The position numbers were made by a program, and so were the translations under genes. The notes beneath the pieces were generated by a model. It was not told the DNA's origin, did no database searches, and saw only the letters and a program-made list of their open reading frames with translations. Source: Polyangiaceae bacterium (GTDB lineage: Bacteria > Myxococcota_A > Polyangia > Polyangiales > Polyangiaceae). Taken from it: 41,238 bases of DNA. The stretch is taken from contig JBILLK010000047.1 in the NCBI GenBank assembly GCA_044376115.1, positions 1 to 41,238 on the forward strand, written 5' to 3'. Positions 9,676 through 19,080 of this stretch are shown here, in pieces (the stretch's first letter is position 1; every line of letters begins with the position of its first letter).

Positions 9676-11268
9676 TCACCAATCCTGGCGCTCGGCGCTG
9701 AGGCCGGCAGCTCCAGCGGTGGCTTGGTTGCCGGGGCCACCGTCGCCGCCGGGGCCGCCCATGCCAGGAGCGCCGAGGGTGATTTCGATAGAGCCTTCTT
9801 CGCTGGGCGCGGTGCCGAGAAAGGCGATGCCCACAGAAGGTCCGCCGCGACCGCCGCCACCGGCGCCGCCGCGACCGCCGGCGCCGCCAGGGCCACCGGG
9901 GCAGGCGCCAGCGCCTTGCGAGACGCCCTCTTCGCCGCCCGCCATTCCGGGCTGGCCTGCATCCCCGGCGCCACCGGCACCGCCGTTGCTCGTGCTGATG
10001 GTGACGTCTTCGAGCGTGAGGCTCGCGTTGATGGACACGATTCCGAAGCTGCCGCCGCCGCCTTGTCCGGGCTCACCAACGTTGCCACCACAGCCGCCTG
10101 CACCGCCGCCGCCGCCGGACGGGCCGGCTCCCAGCATGCCGGTGGTGCAAAGGTTGGCTCCGCCACCGCCGCCGCCGCCTTGTCCGGGAGAGCCGGCGGT
10201 TTGGCCGGCGAGGCCGGCCGCGTTGAGGAAGCCGATGGCAGAGAGCGTGCCGAGATCGGTGGAGAGGGCTCCGGTGCCGGGCAGGCCGGCTAGGCCGGCG
10301 GCCCCGAAACCCCCGTTCGTGCATGGCATTGGCGTTGGGAGGCCGAACTCGCCTGTCCCTCCTTGACCGGTGGCGCTCAGTGGTAAGCCGTCAGCTCCGT
10401 CGGCACCATTGGTTCCATTGGTTCCACTGCCGCCAATACCGCCTTCGACACTCATTGCCTGGCACGTATTTTGTCCTCCTCCTCCTCCGAGGACACCAAC
10501 CAAACCAAGACAGCCATTGCCGCCGTTACCGCCATTGGCAGCGACTGGCGTTTGTTCCGCTCCCTGAGGCGTTCCAGCGGCACCAGCCGCTCCGGTACCC
10601 GCGCTAATGCTTAATCCGCGAAGCGTTGTGGTAGCGCCATCGGCCAGGACTGCGATGCTCGAGGCTCCGAGGGTATTGGCGTTGGCGGCTACAATCTGAA
10701 AGAACTCTACATTCCGAGTGGTGCTACCGAGTAGCGTGAGCGCAGGTTGGTCTGCGGTACCTTGGAGGGTGGGCTTGGTGTTTGCCGCTGCAAACGTCCA
10801 ATCAGCACAAGCGAGGCCGCCAGAGAGGGAGACGCCACTGGGCAAGCTGATGGAGCCATTGAAACTATCGCCGCCGCATACATAGATATGCGTGGCGCCG
10901 CCAAGAGCTGCGACGGCTTCGGTGATTGAGCTGTACGGCATGGCCTGACTTCCGTCACCGCCTATTGAGGCGGCATTAACGAACACGCCGCATTCCGGCC
11001 CAATCGCTTCACCCTCCATCGGCGTGCACGTTGGATTCGGCCCGCCGCCTTGGCCGCCGTCTCCGCCGTTTCCTCCATTGCCGGCCCCGCCGGCGTTACC
11101 ACCCAATCCCCCCAAACCGCCCTGTCCTCCTCCCCCATCCCCTCCACTCGCACCGCCGCCCGTCTCCGGGCAATTCCCGTTAAAAAATTCGTCGCAGAAG
11201 TCGCGGGAGCAGGCGCTCAAGGCGAGTGTGGTGAGGAGGAGGCTGGCGCGCAATTGGAGGCTAAGCAT
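9676..11268 (-). CDS. Gly-rich (PGRS-like) surface lipoprotein
   Basis: Start ATG 11268 (TAATG overlap with the PEGA gene); signal MLSLQLRASLLLTTLALSAC with lipobox; same architecture as 7864-9588, sharing GGQGGGPNPTCTP.EGE.IGP.CGVFV. Confidence 0.85.
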   Translation of the reverse strand: MLSLQLRASLLLTTLALSACSRDFCDEFFNGNCPETGGGASGGDGGGGQGGLGGLGGNAGGAGNGGNGGDGGQGGGPNPTCTPMEGEAIGPECGVFVNAASIGGDGSQAMPYSSITEAVAALGGATHIYVCGGDSFNGSISLPSGVSLSGGLACADWTFAAANTKPTLQGTADQPALTLLGSTTRNVEFFQIVAANANTLGASSIAVLADGATTTLRGLSISAGTGAAGAAGTPQGAEQTPVAANGGNGGNGCLGLVGVLGGGGGQNTCQAMSVEGGIGGSGTNGTNGADGADGLPLSATGQGGTGEFGLPTPMPCTNGGFGAAGLAGLPGTGALSTDLGTLSAIGFLNAAGLAGQTAGSPGQGGGGGGGANLCTTGMLGAGPSGGGGGAGGCGGNVGEPGQGGGGSFGIVSINASLTLEDVTISTSNGGAGGAGDAGQPGMAGGEEGVSQGAGACPGGPGGAGGRGGAGGGGRGGPSVGIAFLGTAPSEEGSIEITLGAPGMGGPGGDGGPGNQATAGAAGLSAERQDW

Positions 11269-12314
11269 TAGAAGGTTCCTTGGATGGTTAGGCCGTTGGC
11301 TTGGGGGCCAATCACCGGTAGGAGGGAGACGTTGGAGCTGCTTTGGGGCAGGGCGAGCCATACCGCCATGCCAATCAGGGCTGCGCCGCCAACGGAGAAG
11401 CCAACAATCGCGCCGGTCATCAGGCCGTCGGAGCTGGCGAGTGCGTCACGGCCGAGGCTTTCGCAGTCGGCGGTGAACGGGCTGCAGGCGGCCAGTTCAC
11501 TGGCAGCGTCGTATTCGCCTGCGGAGGCGACAACCAAGCCAATACCAGTGGCAACGCCCGCCGCTCCCACGCCGGCCAAGAGCAAGGTGGGCCAGAGCGG
11601 CTTGTCACCTTCAGGTTCTGCGCCGCCTGCGCCCGCACCGCCCGCACCAGCGCCGCCTGCCGCACCAGCCCCTGCGCCGCCCGCACTAGCGCCGCCCGCC
11701 GCACCAGCTCCCGCGCCCACACCAGCGCCGCTGCCGCCAGCCCCGCCGGGTGCATCAACCATCGGTACGTCAATCTCCGCGGTCTCTTCACTGCCAGCGC
11801 GCAGGGTCAAGGTGCGGCCGCGAGCCTGGCCGTTCTTGGCCACCGAGACAACCACGTCGCCGGGCTCCACAAAGCGATTGACCTCGCCCGTTCCAACCAC
11901 CTCGCCGTTGATGGAGACCTCGGCATCGGAGGGCTTCGGCTTGATACGCACCCGCGCGAGCTTGGGCTTGAGCTGCTCGAGACGCTCACGGATCTGCGCA
12001 ACCTGTTTGGGGCTCGCGTCCTTGGCGTTGGCCAGGAAGAAATCGAGGTGCTCAGCAGCGTCTCGGTTCAGCTTGAGTTCGGCTTCACAGAGTCCCAAAA
12101 CCGCAGCGATCCGCGGCGCTTTGAACTGTGCCCACGCGCCGGCTGCCTTGGTTTTGCAGACGGCCCATTGACGCTTCTCCATCGCGTCCACAGCCTCGTC
12201 AAAGACCTTCTTGGCGGCCTCGGTGAGCTCGTCCGCGTGGGCTTCACGCGGCTGCTGGCAGAGCGCGAAGCCACTCAAGATGGCGACCCATAAGATACCT
12301 AATCGCTTTTTCAT
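11268..12314 (-). CDS. TPR + PEGA-domain exported/membrane protein
   Basis: Signal peptide ending AHA; TPR-like helices (AKKVFDEAVDAM..LGLCEAEL..AAEHL); PEGA-like PSDAEVSING; Gly/Ala linker; two TM segments; C-terminal GLTIQGTF. Confidence 0.8.
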   Translation of the reverse strand: MKKRLGILWVAILSGFALCQQPREAHADELTEAAKKVFDEAVDAMEKRQWAVCKTKAAGAWAQFKAPRIAAVLGLCEAELKLNRDAAEHLDFFLANAKDASPKQVAQIRERLEQLKPKLARVRIKPKPSDAEVSINGEVVGTGEVNRFVEPGDVVVSVAKNGQARGRTLTLRAGSEETAEIDVPMVDAPGGAGGSGAGVGAGAGAAGGASAGGAGAGAAGGAGAGGAGAGGAEPEGDKPLWPTLLLAGVGAAGVATGIGLVVASAGEYDAASELAACSPFTADCESLGRDALASSDGLMTGAIVGFSVGGAALIGMAVWLALPQSSSNVSLLPVIGPQANGLTIQGTF

Positions 12315-12326
12315 GATTCACCGCAG

Positions 12327-13040
12327 CTAGGGATTGAAGCGCCACCCATCGGGGTCTTTCGTGTCGGAGCTCGAGGTTGAACGAACGGAATGGACTCGGC
12401 TGCTCGCTACGCCGGTCCCCTGAGGTTTTGCTGTCGCGCTTGGCGAGCTGCTCGGATTGGAGGTTGGCGCAGCCGTTTGGGATGGCGTTGTAGCCACGCT
12501 TGGAGCGGAGGCCGTGCCGGTGGTTGCCACGCTCGGCCCTACGCCGGTGGGCTGCTCTCGCGGCCCCGGACCATCGGCGACCTCACTCGGTCCGGTCGCC
12601 CACAAGAAGACGATGACCGCGAGCCCCACGCTGAGCGTTATCAGCGCGGCCAACGCGACCTGCCGCGAGCGTCCTGAAGCCGGCTCCGCTTGGCCCTCGA
12701 CCAACGCCTCAGCGTCGCTTTGCGACGGCGCACCGGGCTCGCGAGCGTCCTCGTCCGATCCGTCAACGGGCAGCGCTCCAAACGGTCGTTCCACTCGCAG
12801 GGTCGGGTGCCCGAGTTCAGTGGCCTGCGAATCCAGCTCGACCTTGGGCACGTATTGCCGCTCAAGCAGCTGCTCGGACGCCCGCGGATTCTGCGTCTTC
12901 ATCAGGCCTTTTACGGCCTGCTGGAACTCGGCGTTGGCCGATACGTGGGCGGCAAATCCCTCGCGCAATGCTTTGGCTTGCTCTTCGGTCGGCGCCTCGA
13001 ACCCCTGCAGGTCGTCGCCCTCAGGCTGATCAATCTTCAT
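12327..13040 (-). CDS. single-pass membrane protein with Pro/Ser/Thr-rich C-terminus
   Basis: 237 aa; TM VALAALITLSVGLAVIVFLW; ATGA overlap with the kinase gene. Confidence 0.7.
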   Translation of the reverse strand: MKIDQPEGDDLQGFEAPTEEQAKALREGFAAHVSANAEFQQAVKGLMKTQNPRASEQLLERQYVPKVELDSQATELGHPTLRVERPFGALPVDGSDEDAREPGAPSQSDAEALVEGQAEPASGRSRQVALAALITLSVGLAVIVFLWATGPSEVADGPGPREQPTGVGPSVATTGTASAPSVATTPSQTAAPTSNPSSSPSATAKPQGTGVASSRVHSVRSTSSSDTKDPDGWRFNP

Positions 13041-15337
13041 GGTCTTGGACCTCCCAGCAGCTGATTCAACAGCAGGCCTACGACCAGCGCGGCCACCAGC
13101 GTGATGCCGAACACGACGGCGGCACGGACAACGTTGACGCGAGCGCTCGCGCCCTTCTCCTCCGAGGCGGAGCGTGTGAGGGCCGCCGGCTCACCGCGGA
13201 TCGCGCGACCGTGCTCATCGCATGCGATGAACTCCCCTCGCCCGAGGTCAAACGCGCCCGGCGCGAGCAAGGTGAGTTCAATCCCGTCTTCATCGGCAAG
13301 GAACACCCGGCTCCCCGGTTGCAGCGCCACCGATTGAACGCGCTTCATGGCCGTGCCCGCGCTCACCCATAGTCCGTTGGTGCTGCCGAGGTCCTCGACC
13401 AAGAAGGTGAGGTCCCCACCAAACCAACCGGAGACATGCGTGAAGCGAACGTGCGCGCCGCTCACATAGGGGTACTGCACAACGATGTTGGCTTTCTCCG
13501 GCAGGCTGCCGAAGATGCACGCGCGTTCGAGGTGATAACGCGCTGCACTTTGTTTTTGGCGGACCAACAACGTGGGCGCCAAAAACAGGCTCGTCGCCTG
13601 CAGCTGCAGCGCTGGCCGGAGCAACTTCTTCGGCGGCGTCCGCTCAGCCTCGGTGGCGCTCTTGGCTGCCTTCACAGCGGCCGCGCGCGCAGCCTTGACC
13701 TCCGCCGCTGTCTCCCAGCGCCCGTCTGCACCAATGCGGCCAGCCGGCAGCAGCGCAAGCTCAACATCGCCCACAACCAACGAGCCGCCGGCACCGATCA
13801 TGGCCGACTCGGGCAGGTGCGCTTCATTGCCGTCGCTCAAGCGCACACCCCCGACTGATACGCCGTTCAAACTCTCGAGATCCACCACGGTGAACCAGGG
13901 CTTCGCCCCGTCGGGAACCACACACTCGAGCGCCGCGTGCTTCTGCGTAACCGACTCGTCATTGAGCACGAGGTGGCACATGCCCGCGTGACGCCCGATC
14001 ACCGTGCGGCCCGCCGCTAAGATGAAGCGCGCGCCCTTGTGCTGGCCACTGCGCACCACCAGGCTCGGGTGCTCGCTAAGCTCATCCATACGCAGCCGAA
14101 CACAAGGATCGGGCAGTTCAGTCGGAGGCGCAGGCGCCACGCGCTTGCCACTGCGTGCCTTCCCGGCGACTGGCATCGTTGGCCCGACTGGCATCGACAC
14201 GCGCACGTCATTCTGCAGTTTGTCCGGTGCGGTGAGCCACTCGCGCAGCGCCTGTGCGAATAGTTCACATGAGGCGAAGCGCTCTTCCGCTCGCTTGGCG
14301 AGCGTACGCGCAAGGATCGCCCAAAGCCGCTTGGGCACGAAGGAAGCGGGCGGTGGGTCAGGTGGAGCGTGGCGTTGTTTCGCCACCAGTTGCTCCTGCG
14401 TGATGTTGTGATCGGGCAGAAAGGGATGTCGCCACATCAACTCGGTCAAGAGCAGGCCGAGCGCGTACTGGTCGATCGCCCCTGAGATGTGGCCGCGGTC
14501 GAGTTGTTCCGGCGCCATGTACGCCACAGTACCGAACACAGGTTCAAGCCGCGTATCGGGTGAGTAGGTGCTCTTGGCTGCAGCCCAATCGAGGAACACG
14601 GCTTTGTTGAGCCCACCGCGTGCAGCCAGAATGAAGACGTTGGCGGGCTTGATATCCCGATGGATCGCGCCACTCTCGTGCATCGTCTGTAGGCCGATCG
14701 CGAGCGTCACCCCCAGCTCGGCCACGTCCACCGGGTCGAAGGTCTTTCCGCCTGCGCGCTTGCGCAGAATGTGATCGGCCAACGTCGCGCCCTCGAGCTT
14801 GTCCATGATGATGAATGGCCCGCGTCGTTCGTCTGTCCCAACGTCGTGGCAAGGAACCAAGAACGGGTTCCGGCCTGCGCTCGCCATCAGCAGTTGGCCC
14901 TCGGAGATCAGCTTCTGCTGAAGCGAGCGATAGGGCTCGGCGCGATAGCAGGGCTTGAGGACCTTGATCAAACAGGTCCGCAGCGAAACGCTGTGTTTGG
15001 CCTCGTAGAGGATGGCGGTTCCGCCTTGGGCAAACTCGCCTGCGACGACATAGCCGCGAAATAGGTCGCCGGGCTTGAAGTCGGCGGGGCCAGCTCCGCG
15101 CGGGACGACAGCGGGCACCTTGCCTTCGCGCGGCTCGGTCAGTGAACCGAGCAAACTCGCTTCCTCGTCGCTCAGCTCCGCGGGCTCCGGTCGTGCGTCG
15201 GGCACCGTGTCCGCACCAAGGACCGGCTCGGTACTGACGAGTCGCAAGTCGGGCGGCAGAACCACCCGCATCGTGCCTCTTGGCCCGCTTAGGCGGGGCG
15301 TGGAAGAACGGCTGCTGAAGGCTTCGGCGGGCATCAT
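13037..15337 (-). CDS. Ser/Thr protein kinase with two FHA domains and a C-terminal TM helix
   Basis: IKVLK, HRDIKPAN, DWA in place of DFG, GTVAYMAPEQ, DQYALG. FHA1 IGR..VTQKH..DLESLNG; FHA2 VSGAH..DLGSTNG. Start moved to ATG 15337 (ATGA overlap). Confidence 0.9.
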   Translation of the reverse strand: MMPAEAFSSRSSTPRLSGPRGTMRVVLPPDLRLVSTEPVLGADTVPDARPEPAELSDEEASLLGSLTEPREGKVPAVVPRGAGPADFKPGDLFRGYVVAGEFAQGGTAILYEAKHSVSLRTCLIKVLKPCYRAEPYRSLQQKLISEGQLLMASAGRNPFLVPCHDVGTDERRGPFIIMDKLEGATLADHILRKRAGGKTFDPVDVAELGVTLAIGLQTMHESGAIHRDIKPANVFILAARGGLNKAVFLDWAAAKSTYSPDTRLEPVFGTVAYMAPEQLDRGHISGAIDQYALGLLLTELMWRHPFLPDHNITQEQLVAKQRHAPPDPPPASFVPKRLWAILARTLAKRAEERFASCELFAQALREWLTAPDKLQNDVRVSMPVGPTMPVAGKARSGKRVAPAPPTELPDPCVRLRMDELSEHPSLVVRSGQHKGARFILAAGRTVIGRHAGMCHLVLNDESVTQKHAALECVVPDGAKPWFTVVDLESLNGVSVGGVRLSDGNEAHLPESAMIGAGGSLVVGDVELALLPAGRIGADGRWETAAEVKAARAAAVKAAKSATEAERTPPKKLLRPALQLQATSLFLAPTLLVRQKQSAARYHLERACIFGSLPEKANIVVQYPYVSGAHVRFTHVSGWFGGDLTFLVEDLGSTNGLWVSAGTAMKRVQSVALQPGSRVFLADEDGIELTLLAPGAFDLGRGEFIACDEHGRAIRGEPAALTRSASEEKGASARVNVVRAAVVFGITLVAALVVGLLLNQLLGGPRP

Positions 15338-16676
15338 CGGAGCTTCGTCACCAGCAAGTACAGGAGCGCAGTCAGCACCAACCCAATCGCGACGAACAGC
15401 CACGTATGCCGGCGGACAGCGCTACCGTGATGTCGCTCCGGCATGCGCTTCGTACGCGGAGCCGGAACAGCCGCTGGGCCGCTCCGTGCAGCCAACACCA
15501 GCGGTTCGCGCGCCCGTACAGCCGCTGCCGGATCCGGCGTGGTGTCGCCCAAGAGTTCTTCTTCCTTATGCGGCGGCCGAAAGATGGTGTCGACATCAGC
15601 CGCGGAGGAAGTACGGACCGGCGTTGCGTCCATTCGCACCGTCCCACGCTGGCCAAGCAGCGCCTGGGCTGGTTTCAGCGGTTCGAGCGGCGCCAAGGAC
15701 GCAGCTTCCACGGGCGCGGCTTTCGCTGCTTCCGCCGCAATCGGAGGAGCCACTGGCTGAGCTGACTTTGCCACGGGCCGCAGCTCATTGCGCGCACTCA
15801 CGAGGGCCACGCGCATGGCTTCAGCCGTCGTGAAACGATCCTCCGGCCGTTTGGCCATCGCTTGTTGCAGCACAGCGGATAGCGTCTCCGGAACGCCCGC
15901 TACGCTGGGGTAAAGCGAGGGGGGCGGCATGCTCAACTGGTTCGCCATGATCTCCTCTTGCGTCCTTCCACCGAATGGAGGCCGGCCCGTCAGCAGGAAG
16001 TGGCCGATGCAGCCAATCGCGTACAGGTCGGCCCGACCATCCACTCCTTGGCCCACCACCTGCTCGGGCGGCATGTAACTCGGACTGCCGATGGTCCAGC
16101 CCACGGTGGTTGCCACCAGGGCCGAGCCCGCGCGCTCTTTCGCCTGTTGCGAAAGCACCTTGGCAATACCGAAGTCGATGATCTTGATGATGCGCCCACC
16201 TGGCCGGACGGTCTTGGGCTGCACGGCGTAGAACACGTTGAGTGGCTTCAGATCGCGATGCACGATCCCGGTTTCATGCGCGGCCTGAATGCCATGCAAG
16301 ATGGCCTCGAGCATGTCGATCACTTCGGCTGCCGATAGCGGACCTCGTTGTTCCACCTCTTCCTTGAGCGTGCAGCCCGACAAGAATTCGGTCACGAGGT
16401 ACGGCTTGCCACCTTTGGTCAGGCCAAGATCCAAGGTCTCAACCACGTTCACGTGACGTAGGCCGCGCAGCAGCCGGCCCTCGGCGATCATCCGCTTGGC
16501 CAGTACCTCGGCGGTATCGGCGCCGAGATCGCGTACCACCTTCAGAACACGCTCTTCGCGCAGGGCACGGTGCAACACCACGTGCACTTCGCCCATTCCG
16601 CCGCGCGCCAACGCACGTGCTCGTACGGTGTTGAGCCAAGCTCCTCGCGGATATCGAGCGGCGCCGCAGCGTTCAT
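15334..16676 (-). CDS. Ser/Thr protein kinase with C-terminal TM; apparent frameshift near 16611
   Basis: LARGGMGEV, VLKVV, HRDLKPLN, IIDFGIAK, GSPSYMPPEQ, DLYAIG. ATG at 16676 (ATGA overlap with the sigma stop) gives MNAAAPLDIREELGSTPYEHVR, which is out of frame with the kinase body. Confidence 0.85.
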
Positions 16677-17305
16677 AGAGTCACCGTGTCCACTCCACGC
16701 CGACGCATCGCACGCCAAAGCTTTTGCTTCACTTGGTCATGGCGCCGACGGGTGGTTGCCACGCTCAAGTTCAACTTGGTTGCGACCTCGGCGATGGTCA
16801 GACTTTCCCAGTAAAAGGCCTGCGCGAGCGCGCGCTCCATCGGCTCGAGCTCTGCAACCGCCGCTCGCAAATTCGCCACCAAGTGTTGTTGCCAACCCGC
16901 CGCTTCCAGCGCCTCGAGGGACGGCAACACTGCAACCGCCATCACGTCAACCGCGTGCTCCTCCACCGGGCCAAGGGTGGCCTCGGCATCATCGATACTC
17001 ACCGTGTGGACAGCGCGCCGCGCACCACCAGCCCAAGCCGCGCGCATCGCCCCAGCGTCATAGAAGGCCGCATCCATCATCGCGCCCTTGATGCGCATGA
17101 AGGCGAAGCCGTTGAACGGCACGCCGTGCTCCTCGTCGAATCGTAAGCTCGCCAGCGCAGCAGCCTCACAGCCTACGCTATGCAGTTCCTCCAGCGGAAC
17201 GCGCGTGCGCCGTGAAAGCACGCTAGCGATTTGGCCGATGAGCGGCAGCGCCTGAGTCACCAGTTGCTTCTGGCGCGCAGAGAGCACCGTGGCTGCACCC
17301 ATCAC
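16673..17305 (-). CDS. sigma-70 family factor, FliA/WhiG-like (short)
   Basis: Region 2 EELHSVG..A..RFDEEHGVPFNGFAFMRIKGAMMD; region 4 LEPMERALAQAFYWESLTIAEVATKLNLSVATTRRRH. Confidence 0.85.
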   Translation of the reverse strand: MMGAATVLSARQKQLVTQALPLIGQIASVLSRRTRVPLEELHSVGCEAAALASLRFDEEHGVPFNGFAFMRIKGAMMDAAFYDAGAMRAAWAGGARRAVHTVSIDDAEATLGPVEEHAVDVMAVAVLPSLEALEAAGWQQHLVANLRAAVAELEPMERALAQAFYWESLTIAEVATKLNLSVATTRRRHDQVKQKLWRAMRRRGVDTVTL

Positions 17306-17556
17306 TTCTTTCCCGCCGTGCGAGCGAGCTCAGCGCTTGCTCCGGGCTTTTCGACCGTTCCGCTCGGCCCAAGGTGCTTGCGTTGCAACAGCTCGGTCTC
17401 GAGAACCCCCGACAACGCCGGGTCCACCAACAAATCGATCTCGAGCAGGGCGGCCAGCATCAACCGCTCGCGCCCCTCCAGTGCAAGCGCGTCCACCGCT
17501 TCATCCGCCAGCGCTTCAGCGAGCAGCTCCCGTTCTGTGCGTTCATTTCCTGACAT
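17302..17556 (-). CDS. small acidic hypothetical protein, first gene of the sigma/kinase operon
   Basis: MSGNERTERELLAEAL...; its stop overlaps the sigma start. Confidence 0.6.
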   Translation of the reverse strand: MSGNERTERELLAEALADEAVDALALEGRERLMLAALLEIDLLVDPALSGVLETELLQRKHLGPSGTVEKPGASAELARTAGKK

Positions 17557-17702
17557 TGTCGCTACCACCCCATCACGCCGTAACGGCCGGCATGCAGGGA
17601 TATCACCGCCACTCGGCCAGACTGCTCAACTATTTTTGGGGAAACGAACAGAGCCCGCGACCGGTGCACTCCGTGCGGGCCAGCCGCGAGCCGACCTACT
17701 GC

Positions 17703-17805
17703 GAGGATCGGGCTGCGAATTGGGCGTTTTGTTGAGTTGCAGTACCCATCCCCTGCCGATCGAGGTTCAAACTCAACAAAACGTCCAGTTCGAGCGCCGA
17801 TCCTC
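17703..17805. repeat. ~103-bp long inverted repeat (hairpin or MITE-like)
   Basis: GAGGATCGG 17703-17711 pairs with CCGATCCTC 17797-17805; 17716-17738 pairs with 17770-17792 with two mismatches, both G.T. Confidence 0.75.
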
Positions 17806-17859
17806 CGTGGGCCCAAGGTTCGAGCGAATGCTCCCACCCTCGAATTCCACCACAAAACC

Positions 17860-17997
17860 CGGATCACCCGCCCCAAAACAGCCCTCCCCTCCCCCCTCGG
17901 GCGGATCACCCGCGAAAAACCGCCCTCGTCCACCAACTTCGAGCGGATGATCCGCCCTTTGGGACGCCCGACGCTCTGCTGGAGCGGATTCAATCGC
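17860..17997. repeat. degenerate ~42-bp periodic repeat with core CGGAT(C/G)A(C/T)CCGC
   Basis: Cores at 17860, 17902 and 17944 (spacing 42, 42) and a degenerate one at 17985. Confidence 0.55.
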
Positions 17998-18000
17998 GCG

Positions 18001-18579
18001 ATGAACCCGGTGCAATACACGGCTGATCCGGCGGTCTTCGGTCGTCGGCGTGACCAACTCAATGCGGTTCTTGCATTCTCGGGCATCTCGATCGGAGATG
18101 ACGGACGCACGCGTTGGGAATCTAAAGCGACGAACCTCGAGCAGGCCTTGGGTCGTGCAAATCGGCTTCACGCCGCCCTCGTCTCCAGAGGCGTCCACGC
18201 CGACGTGCTCAAGTTCTGTCGTGCAGAGCTGCTAGCCGAGAACTACTTCCACGCCGTCTTCGAGGCGATGAAGAGCATCGCTGCAAAGATCCGACAACTG
18301 TCGGGCCTGACCTCGGATGGTGCCGCGCTCGTCACCGAAGCCTTCGCGCTCGGTCAGAGCGGCACGCCGATCCTTGCAATCAACGCTCTCGTTACGGAAA
18401 CCGACAAGGGCGAACAGCGCGGCTTCGTCAACCTGCTCGTCGGGCTCTTTGGGACGATTCGAAACCCAGGTGCTCACAACCCGAAGATCGAGTGGCCTAT
18501 GCCCGAGCAGGATGCACTCGACATTCTCACCCTTGCGTCACTGGTCCATCGAAAACTCGACCGAACTCGCAAACCGTAA
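18001..18579 (+). pseudogene. TIGR02391-family protein, N-terminally truncated; first cassette of the array
   Basis: RAMNPVQY..LNAVLAFSG..RGVHADVLKFCRAELLAENYFHAVFEAMKS..DGAALV..EQRGFVNLLVGLFGTIRNPGAHNPK..DALDIL..SLVHRKLD. The upstream in-frame sequence is non-coding repeat DNA. Confidence 0.8.
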
Positions 18580-18586
18580 GGTCGCA

Positions 18587-18669
18587 GGCCAACAAGGTGT
18601 TGCATCAGACGATCGCCGTCGCTCGCTTCGCTGACTCTGGCCTGCGCCGCAGAACCCTATACGTTAGGC
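18587..18669 (+). mobile_element. attC site 1 (integron cassette recombination site)
   Basis: R'' GGCCAAC, L''-like GTGTTGCA, L'-like CAGAACCC, R' GTTAGGC; 83 bp, directly after a stop codon. Confidence 0.8.
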
Positions 18670-18678
18670 AAAAGGGCG

Positions 18679-19080
18679 ATGGACGCAACGCACGTCGAAG
18701 TCAATGGTCGCGAGCCCGAGATTGTCGGCCGCGCCTGCGAGGGAATGGTCGCGATCGAGCACAGCTATGCGGGAACGCTGGTCGAGCCCGCGAACGTGGT
18801 GTTTCTGCGGTTCGCCGGCCGATGGCACCGCTTGTACTTCGACTACGCGACAGTGTTTTGGAGAGAGGACTCGGACGGGCCACAGGGGTTTACCGCCGAG
18901 GAACTCGAGGCGAGCTTCCGGCCGGTGGACCTCGGTGGAGTGTTCGGCGTTCAAGATGCGGTCCTCAAGGAGGTCACCTACGTTGCGCTGAAGAGCGGCG
19001 CGGCAGTCCACCTTCGCTTCACCAACGGCAAACTCGTGAGGTTCGAATGCAAGGACGACGTAACGGGATACTCTGCCTAG
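18679..19080 (+). CDS. cassette-borne hypothetical protein
   Basis: 133 aa; starts 10 nt after R'; TAG stop lies inside the next R''. Confidence 0.75.
   Translation: MDATHVEVNGREPEIVGRACEGMVAIEHSYAGTLVEPANVVFLRFAGRWHRLYFDYATVFWREDSDGPQGFTAEELEASFRPVDLGGVFGVQDAVLKEVTYVALKSGAAVHLRFTNGKLVRFECKDDVTGYSA

Noticed and set aside
7756..12293. Long plus-strand Pro/Ala-rich ORFs (e.g. 9149-10366, 11284-12171, 11343-12293)
   Set aside because: Antisense shadows of Gly-rich, high-GC genes that have signal peptides and recognisable domains.
16673..17305. Flagellar fliA assignment
   Set aside because: Region 2 is FliA/WhiG-like, but there are no flagellar genes nearby and the protein is short; no symbol given.
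17737..18000. N-terminal extension of the TIGR02391 ORF as listed in the track
   Set aside because: It runs through a hairpin and periodic repeats and shows no family similarity; chance read-through.
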